From Octopus bimaculoides (taxonomy: Eukaryota): 61,344 bases of DNA. The translations under genes were made by a program, and so were the position numbers. Shown here one piece after another: positions 1 to 13,650 of the stretch (position 1 is the first letter of the stretch; every line of letters begins with the position of its first letter). The notes under the pieces are model-generated. The model worked only from the letters and a program-made list of their open reading frames with translations, did not search any database and was not told the origin of the DNA. The DNA is taken from positions 124,763,087 through 124,824,430 of the forward strand of contig NC_068984.1 of the NCBI RefSeq assembly GCF_001194135.2. The letters are read 5' to 3'.

Positions 1-32
<32 letters not shown>

Positions 33-467
33 ATGTATGTTTATATGTATATACACACACACACACATGCAACAACACTCTCATATATTTATCCATACGT
101 GCATAAAAACATACGGAAACATCGCTTATTACACGAGAAGAACAACATGGAAGTAAAAGGCAATAGAATTAATTTGAATATAACAAATGCTGTGCTATTT
201 ATAAAAAAAAAGTCACATCTAATTTGGTTTTACACGTAAAACCGTATGTTGTTTGCTCGGCGTCTTAATTTATGTTTGTTAAAATAATGTTTCCCAGTTT
301 GAAATATTGTTGAAAATGTCATAACTTATAGAGACAAATTAATTCTGCTTTGAGCATTATAGGTAAAATTTTGGCAGTGGAAGACCAGTATATATGTGTG
401 TAAGCATGTAAATGGAAGGTCAGTATGCATGTATGTGTATAAGTAGGTAAGTTTCTAAGTATTTATA

Positions 468-750
468 TAGTGGTTAAGGTATTGCACTCACGATTGTGAG
501 ATCGTGGGTTCGATTCCCAGACCGGGCGTTGCGTTGTCTTCTTGAGAAAAGCACTTCATTTCATGTTGCTCTACGAGGATTTCGTCATCTGACATGTGGC
601 TCCTGGTGCTCTTGTACAGGTAATGTCGATTTGATGGAGGGAGTGACCTTATGTGTACACAAACATTTTATCATTATAAATAAATCATCTGTGTGGTTGT
701 TCGGCAAGAAAATACTGAACTCTCATACGTCGTCTAACGACGGAAGTGTT
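468..750 (+). mobile_element. tRNA-derived SINE (family E here)
   Basis: A-box-like TAGTGGTTAAGG at 468, B-box GGTTCGATTCC at 507-517, followed by a non-tRNA body. Confidence 0.6.
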
Positions 751-831
751 CGTGGATGTTCCTATATTCATACATGTACATAAAACGTATATATATACGC
801 ATATATATACACACACACAGAGGCACGCGCG

Positions 832-877
<46 letters not shown>

Positions 878-1027
878 NNNNNNNNNNNNNNNNNNNNNNN
901 NNNNNNNNNNNNNNNNNNNNNNNNNNNNNNNNNNNNNNNNNNNNNNNNNNNNNNNNNNNNNNNNNNNNNNNNNNNNNNNNTATTATATAGATATACATAT
1001 ATATATATTATATATATAAATATATAG

Positions 1028-1199
1028 TTTTAAGGAAAAGAACCAAGGTTCATGAACTCATCGATGAAAATCCACTATCACAATATAATATAATATATAT
1101 ATAAATATATATGTATATATGCATATATATATGTGTGTTTATGTGTATATATATGAATGTGTTTATGTGTATATATGTATATATCTGCATGTGTATATA

Positions 1200-1239
<40 letters not shown>

Positions 1240-2558
1240 TATGTCTGTGTTCCCCTTCACATCACTTGACAGCCGATGTTGATGTGTTTACGTCCCCGTA
1301 AAATAGCGGTTCGGCAAAATAGACCGATAGAATAAGTACTAAGCTTACAAAGAATAACTCCTGGGGTCGATCTGTTCGACTAAAGGCGGTGCTTCAGCAT
1401 GGCCGCAGTCAAATGGCTGAAAGAAATAAAAAGGATACAAGAATATAAATATGCATAAATATTTATGTATATACATGCGAACACACACACATATACATAC
1501 CTGAGCACACATACCTATGTATACTTATATTTGTATGTGCACATATCATTAGAAACACTAAATGCCGTACACAATAAATTCTTCAATTCAGAGAGATTTC
1601 CTTTTGGAGTTGGCGTAATACAATATACAATGCTAAGTGGCAGCTTCTTAGTTTCGTTTTGTGTGCATGCAAAATACATACAGACATATGTCGTGGCGTA
1701 TCTGAAAACGTCTTCCTTGCAAGTGAAGGCATTTCATTGTAGTCTACTGAGATTCGCAGATCAACGGCTTGGATGTTACATACTGAACATGAGCCCGGAA
1801 AAATTGGTATGATTAAAGATATGGATGTTCATTGTTATCTATTTTACCAGCACCATGCAACGATTTAGAAATATAATGCAAGGTTAAAATATATACGCCT
1901 GAGAGTATACTTGAGTTGTGTTTAGACACTGGTTTGTGTATACATTTGATATTTTTGCTTGTATATACTGTTGCAAGTTTGTATGTTATTTTTTTTAGAA
2001 ATTAGACATCACATCCCAATAAATGTATAAAATGGAATGACACAAATACCTTCCGGCTCTTCATATGTATGTAATATATATTAATTTGGCATGCAATTTC
2101 CTTGGAGTGATAGTGAACATAAATGCGAACATATATATATACATAAATACACACACACACACGATTATTGTAAGATTTCGCTGCAAGGTTGATGTCAACG
2201 AAACTTTGTTGAAATGCGAAATGTTAAGAAATAAAGTTTTATTTCAGGTATTTTCCCAGTATTATATAGTTTCATATAGATACTGGGTGTGTGTGCGTGT
2301 GTGTACGTGAATATATATCGGCTGTCAAGTGATGTGAAGGGGAACACAGACATACAAACACACACACACACACACACACACACAAATATATACACATGCA
2401 GATATATACATATATACACATAAACACATTCATATATATACACATAAACACACATATATATATGCATATATACATATATATTTATATATATATTATATTA
2501 TATTGTGATAGTGGATTTTCATCGATGAGTTCATGAACCTTGGTTCTTTTCCTTAAAA
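1028..2558. repeat. Local inverted duplication: 1028-1277 and 2317-2558, ~1.04-kb spacer
   Basis: The two arms are reverse complements, identical even through an irregular TA/TG tract except for (CA)n length. The same peptide appears in ORFs 1119+ and 2195-/2272-. Confidence 0.85.
1245..1440 (+). mobile_element. SINE family A (microsatellite-containing tRNA SINE), 3' half
   Basis: CTTGACAGCCGATGTTGATGTGTTTACGTCCCCG...GGCGGTGCTTCAGCATGGCCGCAGTCAAATGGCTGAAA plus AAAG tail; the motif recurs more than 10 times in the window. Confidence 0.8.
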
Positions 2559-3940
2559 TATATATATATATATTTTATTTTTCACTTGCGCATATTTTAT
2601 ACATATATGTATATGTTGGAATTTCATGCCAAACTTTCTCACTGTTACTTTCAAATCTATACCTTCTGATTTATNNNNNNNNNNTTTTCACTTGCGCATA
2701 TTTTATACATATATGTATATGTTGGAATTTCATGCCAAACTTTCTCACTGTTACTTTCAAATCTATACCTTCTGATTTATAATCATATCTTTCCTGCTTT
2801 TTTTATGTATTTTTCCTGCATGTTATTCCTGTGATTCACACACAGGTGCAACTAAACTGTGTCTTATAACGTTTAGTATTTTTGTAGAGATAACTTCCTG
2901 TGCTTTGAGCGCAATTGGTCGAATGAACACATGATAGTTCTAACGATACCTTCTGTCTCTGCATAATTCTTCTAGTATCTTTTGCTTCTTTGTTGAAATT
3001 ACGGTGCGAAATTTATTGCACCTTATTGGACACGCATATTTACACACATGCTCTGAAAATATATTCTTGGCATCGTACCATCTGTGTTTATAATTTAAAT
3101 TTAAAATGCTTAACATAATGTTAGTGGATTACCTGGGCTCATGAGGTCAAACTTGCAGAATGAGTTTTGTTATATTTTTGAACCAAACATTTATGCATTG
3201 ACTCATTTCAGTAGCTGCCGATAAGGGAAACCAGATTAGGAACATAAAATACGGCTAGCGATAGAGTAGCTTGCTATCCGAGAGATTTACTGCTCATAAT
3301 AGCGTCTCTGAGGCAGAACATTTATTCTGGTTTGTCTCAGTTCACTTATCAGACAGAAATATATACCATACTACTAGTTAACAAGGAGGCTTTTACCCGA
3401 TATCTAAGTCAGCTAGAAACAGCAGTGAAATCTCACACAACTTGTGTCCTTGGAAATAGAACACGTTGCATTATATAATTCGTAGTGTATTGTGCCTGAA
3501 TAAGAAAATTGATGGCCATACCAGGAAATTTTATTTGATCAGGAATAGTTTTTGCTTGATCAACGCTGACACTGGTTTTTGTATATTATGCGGGGTCCAG
3601 AATATCTAAAAGTGATTTGAATATGTTTTCTTGCTCTTGCGTTTTCTTTTTACTTACTTAGCATGACATAAGTTTCTCGTCACATTGTCTCTTAGGAAGG
3701 CCACTACATTTTACATAACCTCAGTTCATATCGCTGTAGTCGTCAATCAGGAATTTTCAGACGAGTTCGCATATTTCAACAAAATGTAATAATAATAATA
3801 ATAATAATGATAATAATAATAAAATGCCCTGATACAATACAAGGCAGTGGCTCTCATGGCTTCCGATCTTCACTGACTGGAAGCGTTATCATGTACATTG
3901 TTTTGTCTTAGTATAAAAGATAGGCTACAGCAAACTACGT

Positions 3941-4079
3941 GGCACTTTGGACATGTATCTTCTACTATAACTTCGGGCTAAATAAAGTCTTTTGAGTGGA
4001 TTTGGTAGCCGGAAACAGCAAACCGTCGTATATACGTATATATATGTGTGTGTGTGTGTGTGTATGTGTGTGTGTGTGT

Positions 4080-4165
<86 letters not shown>

Positions 4166-4345
4166 TTGTTTGTTTCCCCGTCATCGCTTGACAACCAATG
4201 TTGGTATGTTTACGCCCAACTGACAAAGTACTAGACTTACAAAGAGTAAGTCCTGGGGTTGATTAAAGCCCTTTAATATGATGCTCCAGCATGACCGTAG
4301 TCAAATAACTGAAACAAATAAACGAATAAAAGAAAGAACAAAAGA
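3941..4345 (+). mobile_element. SINE family A with expanded internal (TG)n
   Basis: GAGTGGATTTGGTAG...CCGTCGTATA, then (TG)n, then CATCGCTTGACAACC...CTCCAGCATGACCGTAGTCAAATAACTGAAAC. Confidence 0.75.
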
Positions 4346-4347
4346 AT

Positions 4348-4517
4348 AGGCACACATCTTGAAATTTTGGGGAGAGAGTGTCAGTCAATTTCCTCAACCC
4401 CAGTATTCAACTGGTACTTATTTTGTCAACGCCGAAAGGATGAAATGCAATGTCGGCCTCGGCGGAATTTTAACTCAGAACGTAAATTGAAGCTGCAAGA
4501 AATTTTGCTAAAGCGTT
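4348..4517 (-). mobile_element. SINE family B
   Basis: Reverse complement of the B consensus (ACTGGTACTTA...GAAAGGATGAAA...TCGGCGGAATTT.AACTCAGAACGT). Confidence 0.7.
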
Positions 4518-4991
4518 AACCACGAATGACGTTACAATAAAGACAGGATGTATTTTATGATTTTTTTAGGCGTCGTTAACTCTCTCAACCTCACTATCTC
4601 TTTCTCATTTCTTTTATCCACTGACTCACGCTTTCTGTCTTCCTACAAGTATTTCACTTCTCTCTCTCTCTCCATCTATCTATCACACACACACACTTAT
4701 TTTATGCGTATTTTTTGTTGTTCTTACAAAGCAGCGAGCTGGTAGTTTTGCAAGTGCTTTCATGCATTTGATCCGGCTCTCTAATACCGCTATGGTGAAC
4801 TTTGCTTTCATCTTTTCGAAGTCGTTAAAATAATGTGCCAATCAAATATTGAGGTTGATGATATCCACTACTATTTTGGGCCCTGAAAATTTCTGGCTTT
4901 GCTCCTAGATTACAAATTATATGGCAGTGAGCAATCGGTACTATAAGAGCGTTGGACAAAATGCTTTTCGCTATTCTTTATGATCATTGTT

Positions 4992-5347
4992 GTTGGCACT
5001 CCGTCGCTTACGACGTTGAGGGTTTCAGTTGATTCCATCAACGGAACAGCCTGCTCGTGAAATTAACATGCAAGTGGCTGAGCACTCCACAGACACGTGT
5101 ACCCTTAACGTAGTCCTCGGGGATATTCAGCGTGACACAGTGTGACAAAGCTGACCCTTCGAATTACAGGCACAACAGAAACAGGAAGTAAGAGTGGGTG
5201 AAAGAGTACAGCAGGGTTCGCCACCATCCCCTGCCGGAGCCTCGTGGAGCTTTAGGTGTTTTCGCTCAATAAACACTCACAACACCCGATCTAGGAATCG
5301 AAACCGCGATCCTTTGACCGCGAGTCCGTTGCCCTAACCACTTGGCC
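4992..5347 (-). mobile_element. SINE family C, tRNA(Arg)-like head
   Basis: Minus-strand head GGCCAAGTGGTTAGGGCAACGGACTCGCGGTC...GGTTTCGATTCC (A and B boxes); near-identical second copy at 55981-56318. Confidence 0.85.
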
Positions 5348-6066
5348 TTTGNNNNNNNNNNNNNNNNNNNNNNNNNNNNNNNNNNNNNNNNNNNNNNNNN
5401 NNNNNNNNNNNNNNNNNNNNNNNNNNNNNNNNNNNNNNNNNNNNNNNNNNNNNNNNNNNNNNNNNNNNNNNNNNNNNNNNNNNNNNNNNNNNNNNNNNNN
5501 NNNNNNNNNNNNNNNNNNNNNNNNNNNNNNNNNNNNNNNNNNNNNNNNNNNNNNNNNNNNNNNNNNNNNNNNNNNNNNNNNNNNNNNNNNNNNNNNNNNN
5601 NNNNNNNNNNNNNNNNNNNNNNNNNNNNNNNNNNNNNNNNNNNNNNNNNNNNNNNNNNNNNNNNNNNNNNNNNNNNNNNNNNNNNNNNNNNNNNNNNNNN
5701 NNNNNNNNNNNNNNNNNNNNNNNNNNNNNNNNNNNNNNNNNNNNNNNNNNNNNNNNNNNNNNNNNNNNNNNNNNNNNNNNNNNNNNNNNNNNNNNNNNNN
5801 NNNNNNNNNNNNNNNNNNNNNNNNNNNNNNNNNNNNNNNNNNNNNNNNNNNNNNNNNNNNNNNNNNNNNNNNNNNNNNNNNNNNNNNNNNNNNNNNNNNN
5901 NNNNNNNNNNNNNNNNNNNNNNNNNNNNNNNNNNNNNNNNNNNNNNNNNNNNNNNNNNNNNNNNNNNNNNNNNNNNNNNNNNNNNNNNNNNNNNNNNNNN
6001 NNNNNNNNNNNNNNNNNNNNNNNNNNNNNNNNNNNNNNNNNNNNNNNNNNNNNNNNNNNNNNNNNN

Positions 6067-6099
<33 letters not shown>

Positions 6100-6199
6100 G
6101 TACACACACACGCACACACAATTTGCCAAACGAAAACAACAGTGAGAAAAGCATTCGCCAACGCCGACAGCAACAAGCATATTAAACAACACAAACCAC

Positions 6200-6950
6200 C
6201 TGGATGAGAAAAAACTGCTTGGTAGGATTTTGCAAGCAGTATAGGCGCGAACTGGTCAGATTTTTTCGACGTAAAGCAGGAAAATAGAAAATGCACTAAC
6301 CTCTGCTTTTCTAACGGCAGTCAAGACTTCTTCATGACTCCAAGGAAACAATTAGAAGTATCCCTGAGTAGTATATAAAATGGCATATCCTCTATCTGTC
6401 GGGCTCCAGAGTATGGGACCGCTTGCCTGGTTTGTAAAACTGAGGACGAGCTGAAGAAGCCGATTGAACTAGTGCAACCAGACTCATATCTATACACTAA
6501 TGCTGCAGTACCTGGACTGGAAAAATACGAGGACTATGATTAAGGTTGTTGGTAGTGATGTTAATCTGTGGATCAGCTATCTTTGTGGCACAGCACGGGT
6601 AAAATGATGAATGTCTCGATAACCTGGAACATTTGCTGAGATGCAACATCAGTAGAGAGAGAAGTTCTGACGACTCCTTTGAAGGTTGTAGAAAAAATAC
6701 CGGAAATTAGTTCTGTGGAAGGAGTGGAAAGAAAACCCATGGAAATTGCGGTACAAGCCAGGAGGCCAAACTTCTACAATGTGACAGCAAGAACAATCGA
6801 GCAAGATAGCTTTCTGGTCTGAAGAACTCAATAAATAGAAAAACAGAAGAGCAGACTCGTCAGCAATAAGCAGAACCAGCGACCAGAAAACGCTGCGACA
6901 ATGGTCGGGAAATAAACATTGAATAAGAGCTAATAAACCGCTAGTAGCAG
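6200..6950 (+). pseudogene. Highly decayed non-LTR retrotransposon (LINE) RT fragment
   Basis: Interrupted frames give weak RT-like pieces (IGANWSDFFDVKQ; ARRPNFY...). Many stops; classification tentative. Confidence 0.3.
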
Positions 6951-7351
6951 TAACAAAAAGAAAGAAAAAGACCTCTGGAAAGAAAATTCAAATTAAGAGG
7001 GGAAAGCAAGGCGAACGGCCAAGACGGAATCCCTTCTAACGATTATTTTCAGAGTTCTTCGTACGAAATACATTTAGAGAAAGAGTTTTGAGAAGAAACA
7101 GTCTCCGATTATGTGGCACATGCAGAAGATGAGCTGCTTGGGAAAACTATCTTTGAAGCCTATTAGAACTGTACCTTGAACAAAACATGGACGTGGGCTC
7201 TATCTTGCTTGTACCATCACTAGAACTCTTCACGGACCTTTTCCAGCATTCAGCACCTGTATGATCTTCATGGGTTAGACGATGACCACAGTTAAGGAGA
7301 GCCCTGTTCTGACTAAGGAAGGATATATGTGTTCATTAACCCATATCTTTA

Positions 7352-7742
7352 TCTTTTATTTGTTTCAGTCATTAGACTACGGGCATGCTGGAGCACCGCC
7401 TTGTAGAATTTATCTTGGACGAATCGACACCGGTACTTAAAGTTTGGTACTTATATTATTGGCCCCTTTTGCCGAATCGCTAAGTTACGGAGATGTAAAA
7501 ACACACCAACATCGGTTGTCAAACGGTGGTATGGGATAGACACACAGACACATACACACTCACAGGTGTGTGAGTGTGTGTGCGTGTGTGCCTGTGCGTA
7601 TATGTGCATGTGTCTGAGTGCGATGGCTTTGTTTCACTTTCTGTGGTCAGCCTGAGACTATAATAGAAAAGACCACGCAATGAGAGTGAATCCGGAATCA
7701 TAGGAATGGGAAGCAAACTCCTCAACACTCAGCCACGCCTGT
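7352..7742 (-). mobile_element. SINE family A, near full length
   Basis: TTTCAGTCATTAGACTACGGGCATGCTGGAGCACCGCC... through an internal CA/TG tract to a reversed tRNA-like head ending ...CAGCCACGCC. Confidence 0.75.
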
Positions 7743-8192
7743 CTCCTTTAATTGTGTATATATTTATAAACGTGTGTGCGTGTATGTGTGTATGCGTACG
7801 CGCGTGTAATTTTCCTCTGATTATTTTTCATAATTACAAATAGAAAATATTAAGTCTGCCTCAATATATTGTGTAACATCTTAATCCCTCCTACTTAGTG
7901 TTTTTATATAATTTATTTTATCACTACATATTACTTAGCAGCACATTTTTTATACATACACTCTTATTGCATGGAATGAATGGGCCCAGGTGGCAATTAT
8001 AATGAATCATTATTAATTATTTTTTTTATCATTACTATTATTTTAGTCCCTGACCAGAATGGACAACCAGACTGGGCGTATGCTGGATACTGTCCTAGAG
8101 GTAAGTACATTCAAGGTTTTTGATTCTGATTTTATTAATGCTTATCTTTAATGATTTTTCGTTCTCTTTGCTTTTTGATAATATTTATGATG

Positions 8193-8311
<119 letters not shown>

Positions 8312-8312
8312 G

Positions 8313-9370
8313 AAGGTGGTGAGCTGGCAGAATCGGTAGCGCGCAGGATGAAATACTTAGCGGTATTTCGCCTGTCTCTACGTTCTGAGTTCAAATTCCG
8401 CCGAGGTCGACTTTGCCTTTCATTCTTTCAGGGTCGATAAATTAAGTACCAGTGAAACACTGGGGTTGATATAATCGACTTGTCCCCACCCCACAAATTT
8501 TAGGCCCTATGCCCCCATTAGAAAGGGTTATTATTATTATTATCATCATCATCAAGGCGGCGAACTAGCAGAGTCGAGCAAAATGTTTACCGGCTTTTCA
8601 TCCGTCTTTACGTTCTGAGTTCAAATTCCGCTGGAGTCGACTTTCATCCTTTTGGGGTCGATGAATTAAAGACCGTCAAATACTGGTGTCTATAAATTAA
8701 GTACTAGTCAAATAATGGTGTCGATGTGATCAACTAGTCCCCTCCCCTAAATTTCACACCGTATGCCTATTCTATTTTTATCAAGGCGGCCTGCTGGCAA
8801 AATCGTTAGCACGCCGGGCGAAATGCTTAGCGGTATTTCGCCCGTCACTACGTTCTGGATTCAAATTCCACCGAGGTCGACTTTGCCTTTCATCCTTTCC
8901 GGGTCGATAAATTAAGAACTAGTCAATACTAGTGTCGACGTGATCGACTGTCACCCACTCTAGAAAATCCAGGCCTAATAGAAAGGATTATTATTGTTAA
9001 ACTTAATAACTTTGTCCCAAAATTGGAAAGAATTATTACCATTTTTTCTGTTACCTGTTGAGAGACGTGAATCATCGTCGTTGAATTTTGGTGAAACGAA
9101 AGAGAAAAAATGAACTATCATCTTCAGTATGGTTTATTAGTATTGTTATTACTATTCTGACACAGAAGGCGATGAGGTGGCAAAATCGTCGGCGCGCCGG
9201 ACAAAATGCTTAGCGGTGTTTCGTCTGTGTTAACGTTCTGAACTTGATTTTGCCTTTCATCTTTTCGGGGGTTGATAACATAAGTACCAGCTGAGCAGTG
9301 GGGTCGATGCAACCGACTGTCTCCTACCCCTAAAATTGCTATCCTTTTGCCATTATTAGAAAGGAATTAT
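8313..9370 (+). mobile_element. Head-to-tail cluster of four SINE family B copies (starts 8313, 8554, 8783, 9166)
   Basis: Each begins AAGG(C/T)GG...GGCAGAATCG..AGC and contains CGTTCTGAGTTCAAATTCC...CTTTCATCCTTT.GGGGTCGAT; most end in GAAAGGATTATT. Confidence 0.85.
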
Positions 9371-9969
9371 TACTCAGGCACAGAATAGTTGGTTGTATTA
9401 ATCGTTACAGCGTGGAATAAAATCGCTGCTATTTTGTCTCGCAGATCAAGCAACAACATAGAGGCACCTTGTTTAGTTGTATGTATTGGTTTCTAGTGAT
9501 TGCATTAAACTTGACGTTCTTGTTCATGTCGTTGTTTATCTTATATTTACGTCATGTCAAAATTGACCGTATTTATATAATATATTACTATATTTGATGT
9601 GATAATTCTTTTGGTGTTAGCATTAATATTAGTATTAGTGTTATAAGTAGTCTACATCAGAGAGACGATAGGTCTTATCTGTTGTATGGAGACGATTAAA
9701 AGACTTCACACCTGAAAAACTTTACCTTTGATGTGATTACCTCATTAATTGTCTCCTTAAAAACAACTTAAAACTAGGGATCGTTTTTGTTTGATTAGTC
9801 TTTATATGACGTGCTCTTGTTCTATTTTCTTGCTTTTACGATCGTGGGCCAGTAAATGTCAGCTTTAAACATTTAAGCAATGATAATTGGAGAGACACAG
9901 TTACGTGAGAAGCTGTTCTGAACAGAAATAAACGCACACGTACGTACGTAAATACATACATACATACAT

Positions 9970-10122
9970 TGAAGATCAATGAAAACGAGAACACCTATGC
10001 TGAACTATTGAGAAATCTGCAGTTACTCTATCCAGATTACAAATTCAGATTTATACCTGTAATAATTGGGACCCAGGGATATGTAACACACTGTCCAAAT
10101 ACCAATCTTGAAAAATTAGGCT
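9970..10122 (+). pseudogene. 3' fragment of a restriction-like-endonuclease (RLE) non-LTR retrotransposon
   Basis: Translates KINENENTYAELLRNLQLLYPDYKFRFIPVIIGTQGYVTHCPNTNLEKLG, resembling the K..KY..L...(V/I)PV(V/I)IG.LG C-terminus of R2/R4/NeSL/HERO-type elements. Two more copies lie at ~29585-29770 and ~57085-57250. Confidence 0.6.
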
Positions 10123-11388
10123 GTTATTCTGCAGTTTAATGTTAAATTACTTTTATGTGTAACTTTACATAAAAACAAGCATTTGTTTTTGTATATGTGT
10201 GTATTTAGAAATTGCTACAACAGTCGTTTCGACCTGTAGGTTCGTTATCAAGTCATTGATAATGACAATTTGAAAGTAGTGCCATAGTCCGCTTCCGTTG
10301 AACCAGTTTCAACAATTTTATTTATTTATCTATCGATCTATCTATTGATCGATCGAGCAATATGAATATATTCAACCAATATTTCGATTGAACACTATGA
10401 AAATGCTGATATTATAATAACAATTTGAAACACAGTGAGTACAAATTGAGAGTGTTGATGATGCGGATGCAACCGAGGGTTGATGAAAGATAAATGATTA
10501 TAAGATAAATAATAATAATATTAAACATAAGCATGAGTCAGATGGAGGCGGAGTTGTCGTTACAAGCGAAGCATAAACAACAGTTATAATGAATGTATAA
10601 TCAGATACATATTCACCCACGCTTATATAAATACATACCTGATCACATATAAACACACGCTTCTATAAATGGACAGATGTACAAATACACTCAAATATTG
10701 GCACATAAAACGTACACACACACACACACATTTAGTCATAAGAGAGGCTTTAGACAGTCGCTTGACATGCTAGAAACAGCAGTAAAATCTTAAGCAGAAT
10801 CGCATACTACTGATCTATTTTAAAAAGGAGGAAACGCATAGAAACTTATATTCCTAGATACACTATGTCTGAGTCAAAAAGACAGGGTGGAACGTCTCTG
10901 GGTATTGGTTTGTTGGATCATCTATGAATTGACGAAGAGGGGCTGCAGTAGATAAGATTTAGTCGTGAATGCACTGTCTGGTGAAAGACATGATGGCCGC
11001 AAATGGCTTTGATCAAAGGTCGGCTGGAGCAGAGATGACCAGGGACTAAGCAACAGCGAAAGGAGGAGGCCACATCATAGACAACGAAGTATTAACTAAC
11101 CACACTGGAAAGTCTGTCGATAATAGATTTACTGGCACAACGCCGACTTGGGGTTAAAAAACAACAACAAAAACATCACACAGAAGCAAAACACACACTT
11201 TCGCACACACACACACACTCACACTGAAACACACACAAGCAAACAAACGCAACAATTTCGTTTGACAAAGAAAATAATTTGTTCCAAGTTCTTGGTTCCA
11301 TCGTTATTTAGGCTTTCATCTGTCGCACATTACTTCTTTGTTTTTTTCTCTCTCTTCGACTCCCTCTCTCTCCCTCTCTCTCTCTCCC

Positions 11389-11436
<48 letters not shown>

Positions 11437-12180
11437 CCCACTCTCTTCATCCTCCACCTGCTACTATCATCTTTTCACATCTCCATCAGAATTTATGTAT
11501 TTCTTATCTTATTCTAATTGCTATATTTTCCTTTGCCTTTCATTCATGGCCTTTCTCTTCGTTTCATGGCCGTCTGTATGTTGTTGATGTCTTTTTTTTT
11601 CCTATTTTTCTCTATTGTTAGTACAGTTGATGATGATGATGATGTTGATGTTGATGTTTCTGTGGTTATTGTTATTTGTGTTGTTGTTGTTGCTGTTTCT
11701 ACTTTTGTTATATTGAAATATTTGTTGTCTGCGATAAGTTATTTATATANNNNNNNNNNNNNNNNNNNNNNNNNNNNNNNNNNNNNNNNNNNNNNNNNNN
11801 NNNNNNNNNNNNNNNNNNNNNNNNNNNNNNNNNNNNNNNNNNNNNNNNNNNNNNNNNNNNNNNNNNNNNNNNNNNNNNNNNNNNNNNNNNNNNNNNNNNN
11901 NNNNNNNNNNNNNNNNNNNNNNNNNNNNNNNNNNNNNNNNNNNNNNNNNNNNNNNNNNNNNNNNNNNNNNNNNNNNNNNNNNNNNNNNNNNNNNNNNNNN
12001 NNNNNNNNNNNNNNNNNNNNNNNNNNNNNNNNNNNNNNNNNNNNNNNNNNNNNNNNNNNNNNNNNNNNNNNNNNNNNNNNNNNNNNNNNNNNNNNNNNNN
12101 NNNNNNNNNNNNNNNNNNNNNNNNNNNNNNNNNNNNNNNNNNNNNNNNNNNNNNNNNNNNNNNNNNNNNNNNNNNNNNNN

Positions 12181-12230
<50 letters not shown>

Positions 12231-12447
12231 ATTCACACATACACAGACATGTATGCGCATTGTTGAAACAATTGTGGCTGATACAGATTAACAGCGCAGA
12301 CTGCATCCAACTTAACTTTGTTCGTCTTGCCAACAGAGAACTTGTTTTTGCTGTGATTCTTCAGACAGTTCTATAACAGAGGATCGGTAGAATCCGCCAA
12401 ACTATCTTGCAGCACTGATTCTAGCGTTTTATATCCTGAATCTAAAT

Positions 12448-12757
12448 CAGTGGTTCTCAACCAAGGTCCGTATGGCCCCTGAGTGTCCTTATAAGATTTT
12501 GCGGGACCAATGTAATAAAATAGTAAACTGATAAACTAGAGATCATCAGTTGTCTTTTAAGGGCCCCCGAAAAGATTTTTCTTTAGATGTATGTATCGGT
12601 ATTCTTTGCAAGAAACAGCTAGGTTTCTTTCTCTGACATTTTACACAGTTCAGCCTACACAAGTTAATGTGCGCGAAACAAAATAGGAATTTTGATTGAA
12701 TAAAATAGTAACTAAAAGGGGTCCATAAATTTTTTTTTTAATGGTTGAGAACTCCTG
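12448..12757. mobile_element. Non-autonomous hAT (Charlie-like) MITE, 310 bp
   Basis: TIRs CAGTGGTTCTCAACC / GGTTGAGAACTCCTG (13/15 match); degenerate 8-bp TSD ATCTAAAT / GTTTAAAT; homologous copy at 18776-19084. Confidence 0.75.
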
Positions 12758-12769
12758 GTTTAAATTATA

Positions 12770-13020
12770 CTGTTGGTGTGTTTATGACCCCGTAACTTAG
12801 CGGTTCGGCAAAAGTGATCATTGGAGGATAAGTATCAGGCTTTAAAAAACAAAATTATAAGTACTGGGGTCGATACATTCGACTAAAAATTCTTCAAAGC
12901 GGTGCTTTGATGAAGGGGCCGATAGAATAAGTACCAGTCATTCGACTAATAAAGTTCTTGAAGGCTGTGCCCCCAGCATGGCCACAGTCTAATGACTAAA
13001 ACGAGTAAAAGATAAAGGAT
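12770..13020 (+). mobile_element. SINE family A 3' half (with internal duplication)
   Basis: GGTGTGTTTATGACCCCGTAACTTAGCGGTTCGGCAAAA...CCAGCATGGCCACAGTCTAATGACTAAAAC. Confidence 0.7.
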
Positions 13021-13650
13021 GAGGACGATGCTTCAGCTTCACCGCACTCCAAAGTCTGAAAAAAGTAGAAGAGAAAACTTTTGTGTGTGAGTGTCTCTGT
13101 ATACACACAAATTCTTATAAACGAGCCCTTTTACAACATAATATATTGCAGAGATTCTTTTTAATTTTAATTTTATTTTTTATCAAAATTCATCGCGTGT
13201 CACCTAAAAGCCCGCGACACATCATTGGACTGGTATTATTGTTTTAGGGTTATAACAGTTTAAGGAAAAGATGCGAACAAACACAAACAGTTATCATCGG
13301 TTTACAACACATAAGGCAGCAACAGTTTCCCAGGGAAATGTTAACGCCACTGCACTATAAAGAGAGGGGTAAAAAAAACGCCTGTGCACGGCCTCTCAAC
13401 ACCCGATGCAGGGGACCCGCAATTCAGGGCATGAACCTTCTATACACGACTATCAGAGTTTGGAACAAACGCCCATATCGGATGACCAAATTCAGGGTTT
13501 CAGATGCTGAATACACAAAAATCTTGTCGCTCTCCTCTGCATGAATACAATAAATCCGTAATCGACTCACTGGAAACGTTTAACAAACGACACTATTGTT
13601 CACAAAAACATGTCATAGAAAATGTGCTTGTGTTTATATATATATACATA

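Noticed and set aside
468-540. tRNA-like sequences here and at 5290-5347, 13651, 15182, 28366-28430, 36450-36515 and 56250-56305
   Set aside because: They have A/B boxes but no acceptor stem and continue into shared repeat bodies; these are SINE heads, not tRNA genes.
2579-2780. Exact 96-bp direct repeat either side of a 10-N gap (also 15392-15477)
   Set aside because: Classic unmerged contig overlap; assembly artefact.
8313-9370. CRISPR-like or regularly spaced repeat array
   Set aside because: Units are ~220-bp diverged SINE copies with no unique spacers or cas genes; the sequence is eukaryotic.
13338-13544. 68-aa ORF and palindrome TTTCCCAGGGAAA (13326-13338) as a GATA upstream exon or COE/STAT site
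   Set aside because: No GATA N-terminal similarity; the palindrome spacing matches neither TCCC-N2-GGGA nor TTC-N3-GAA.
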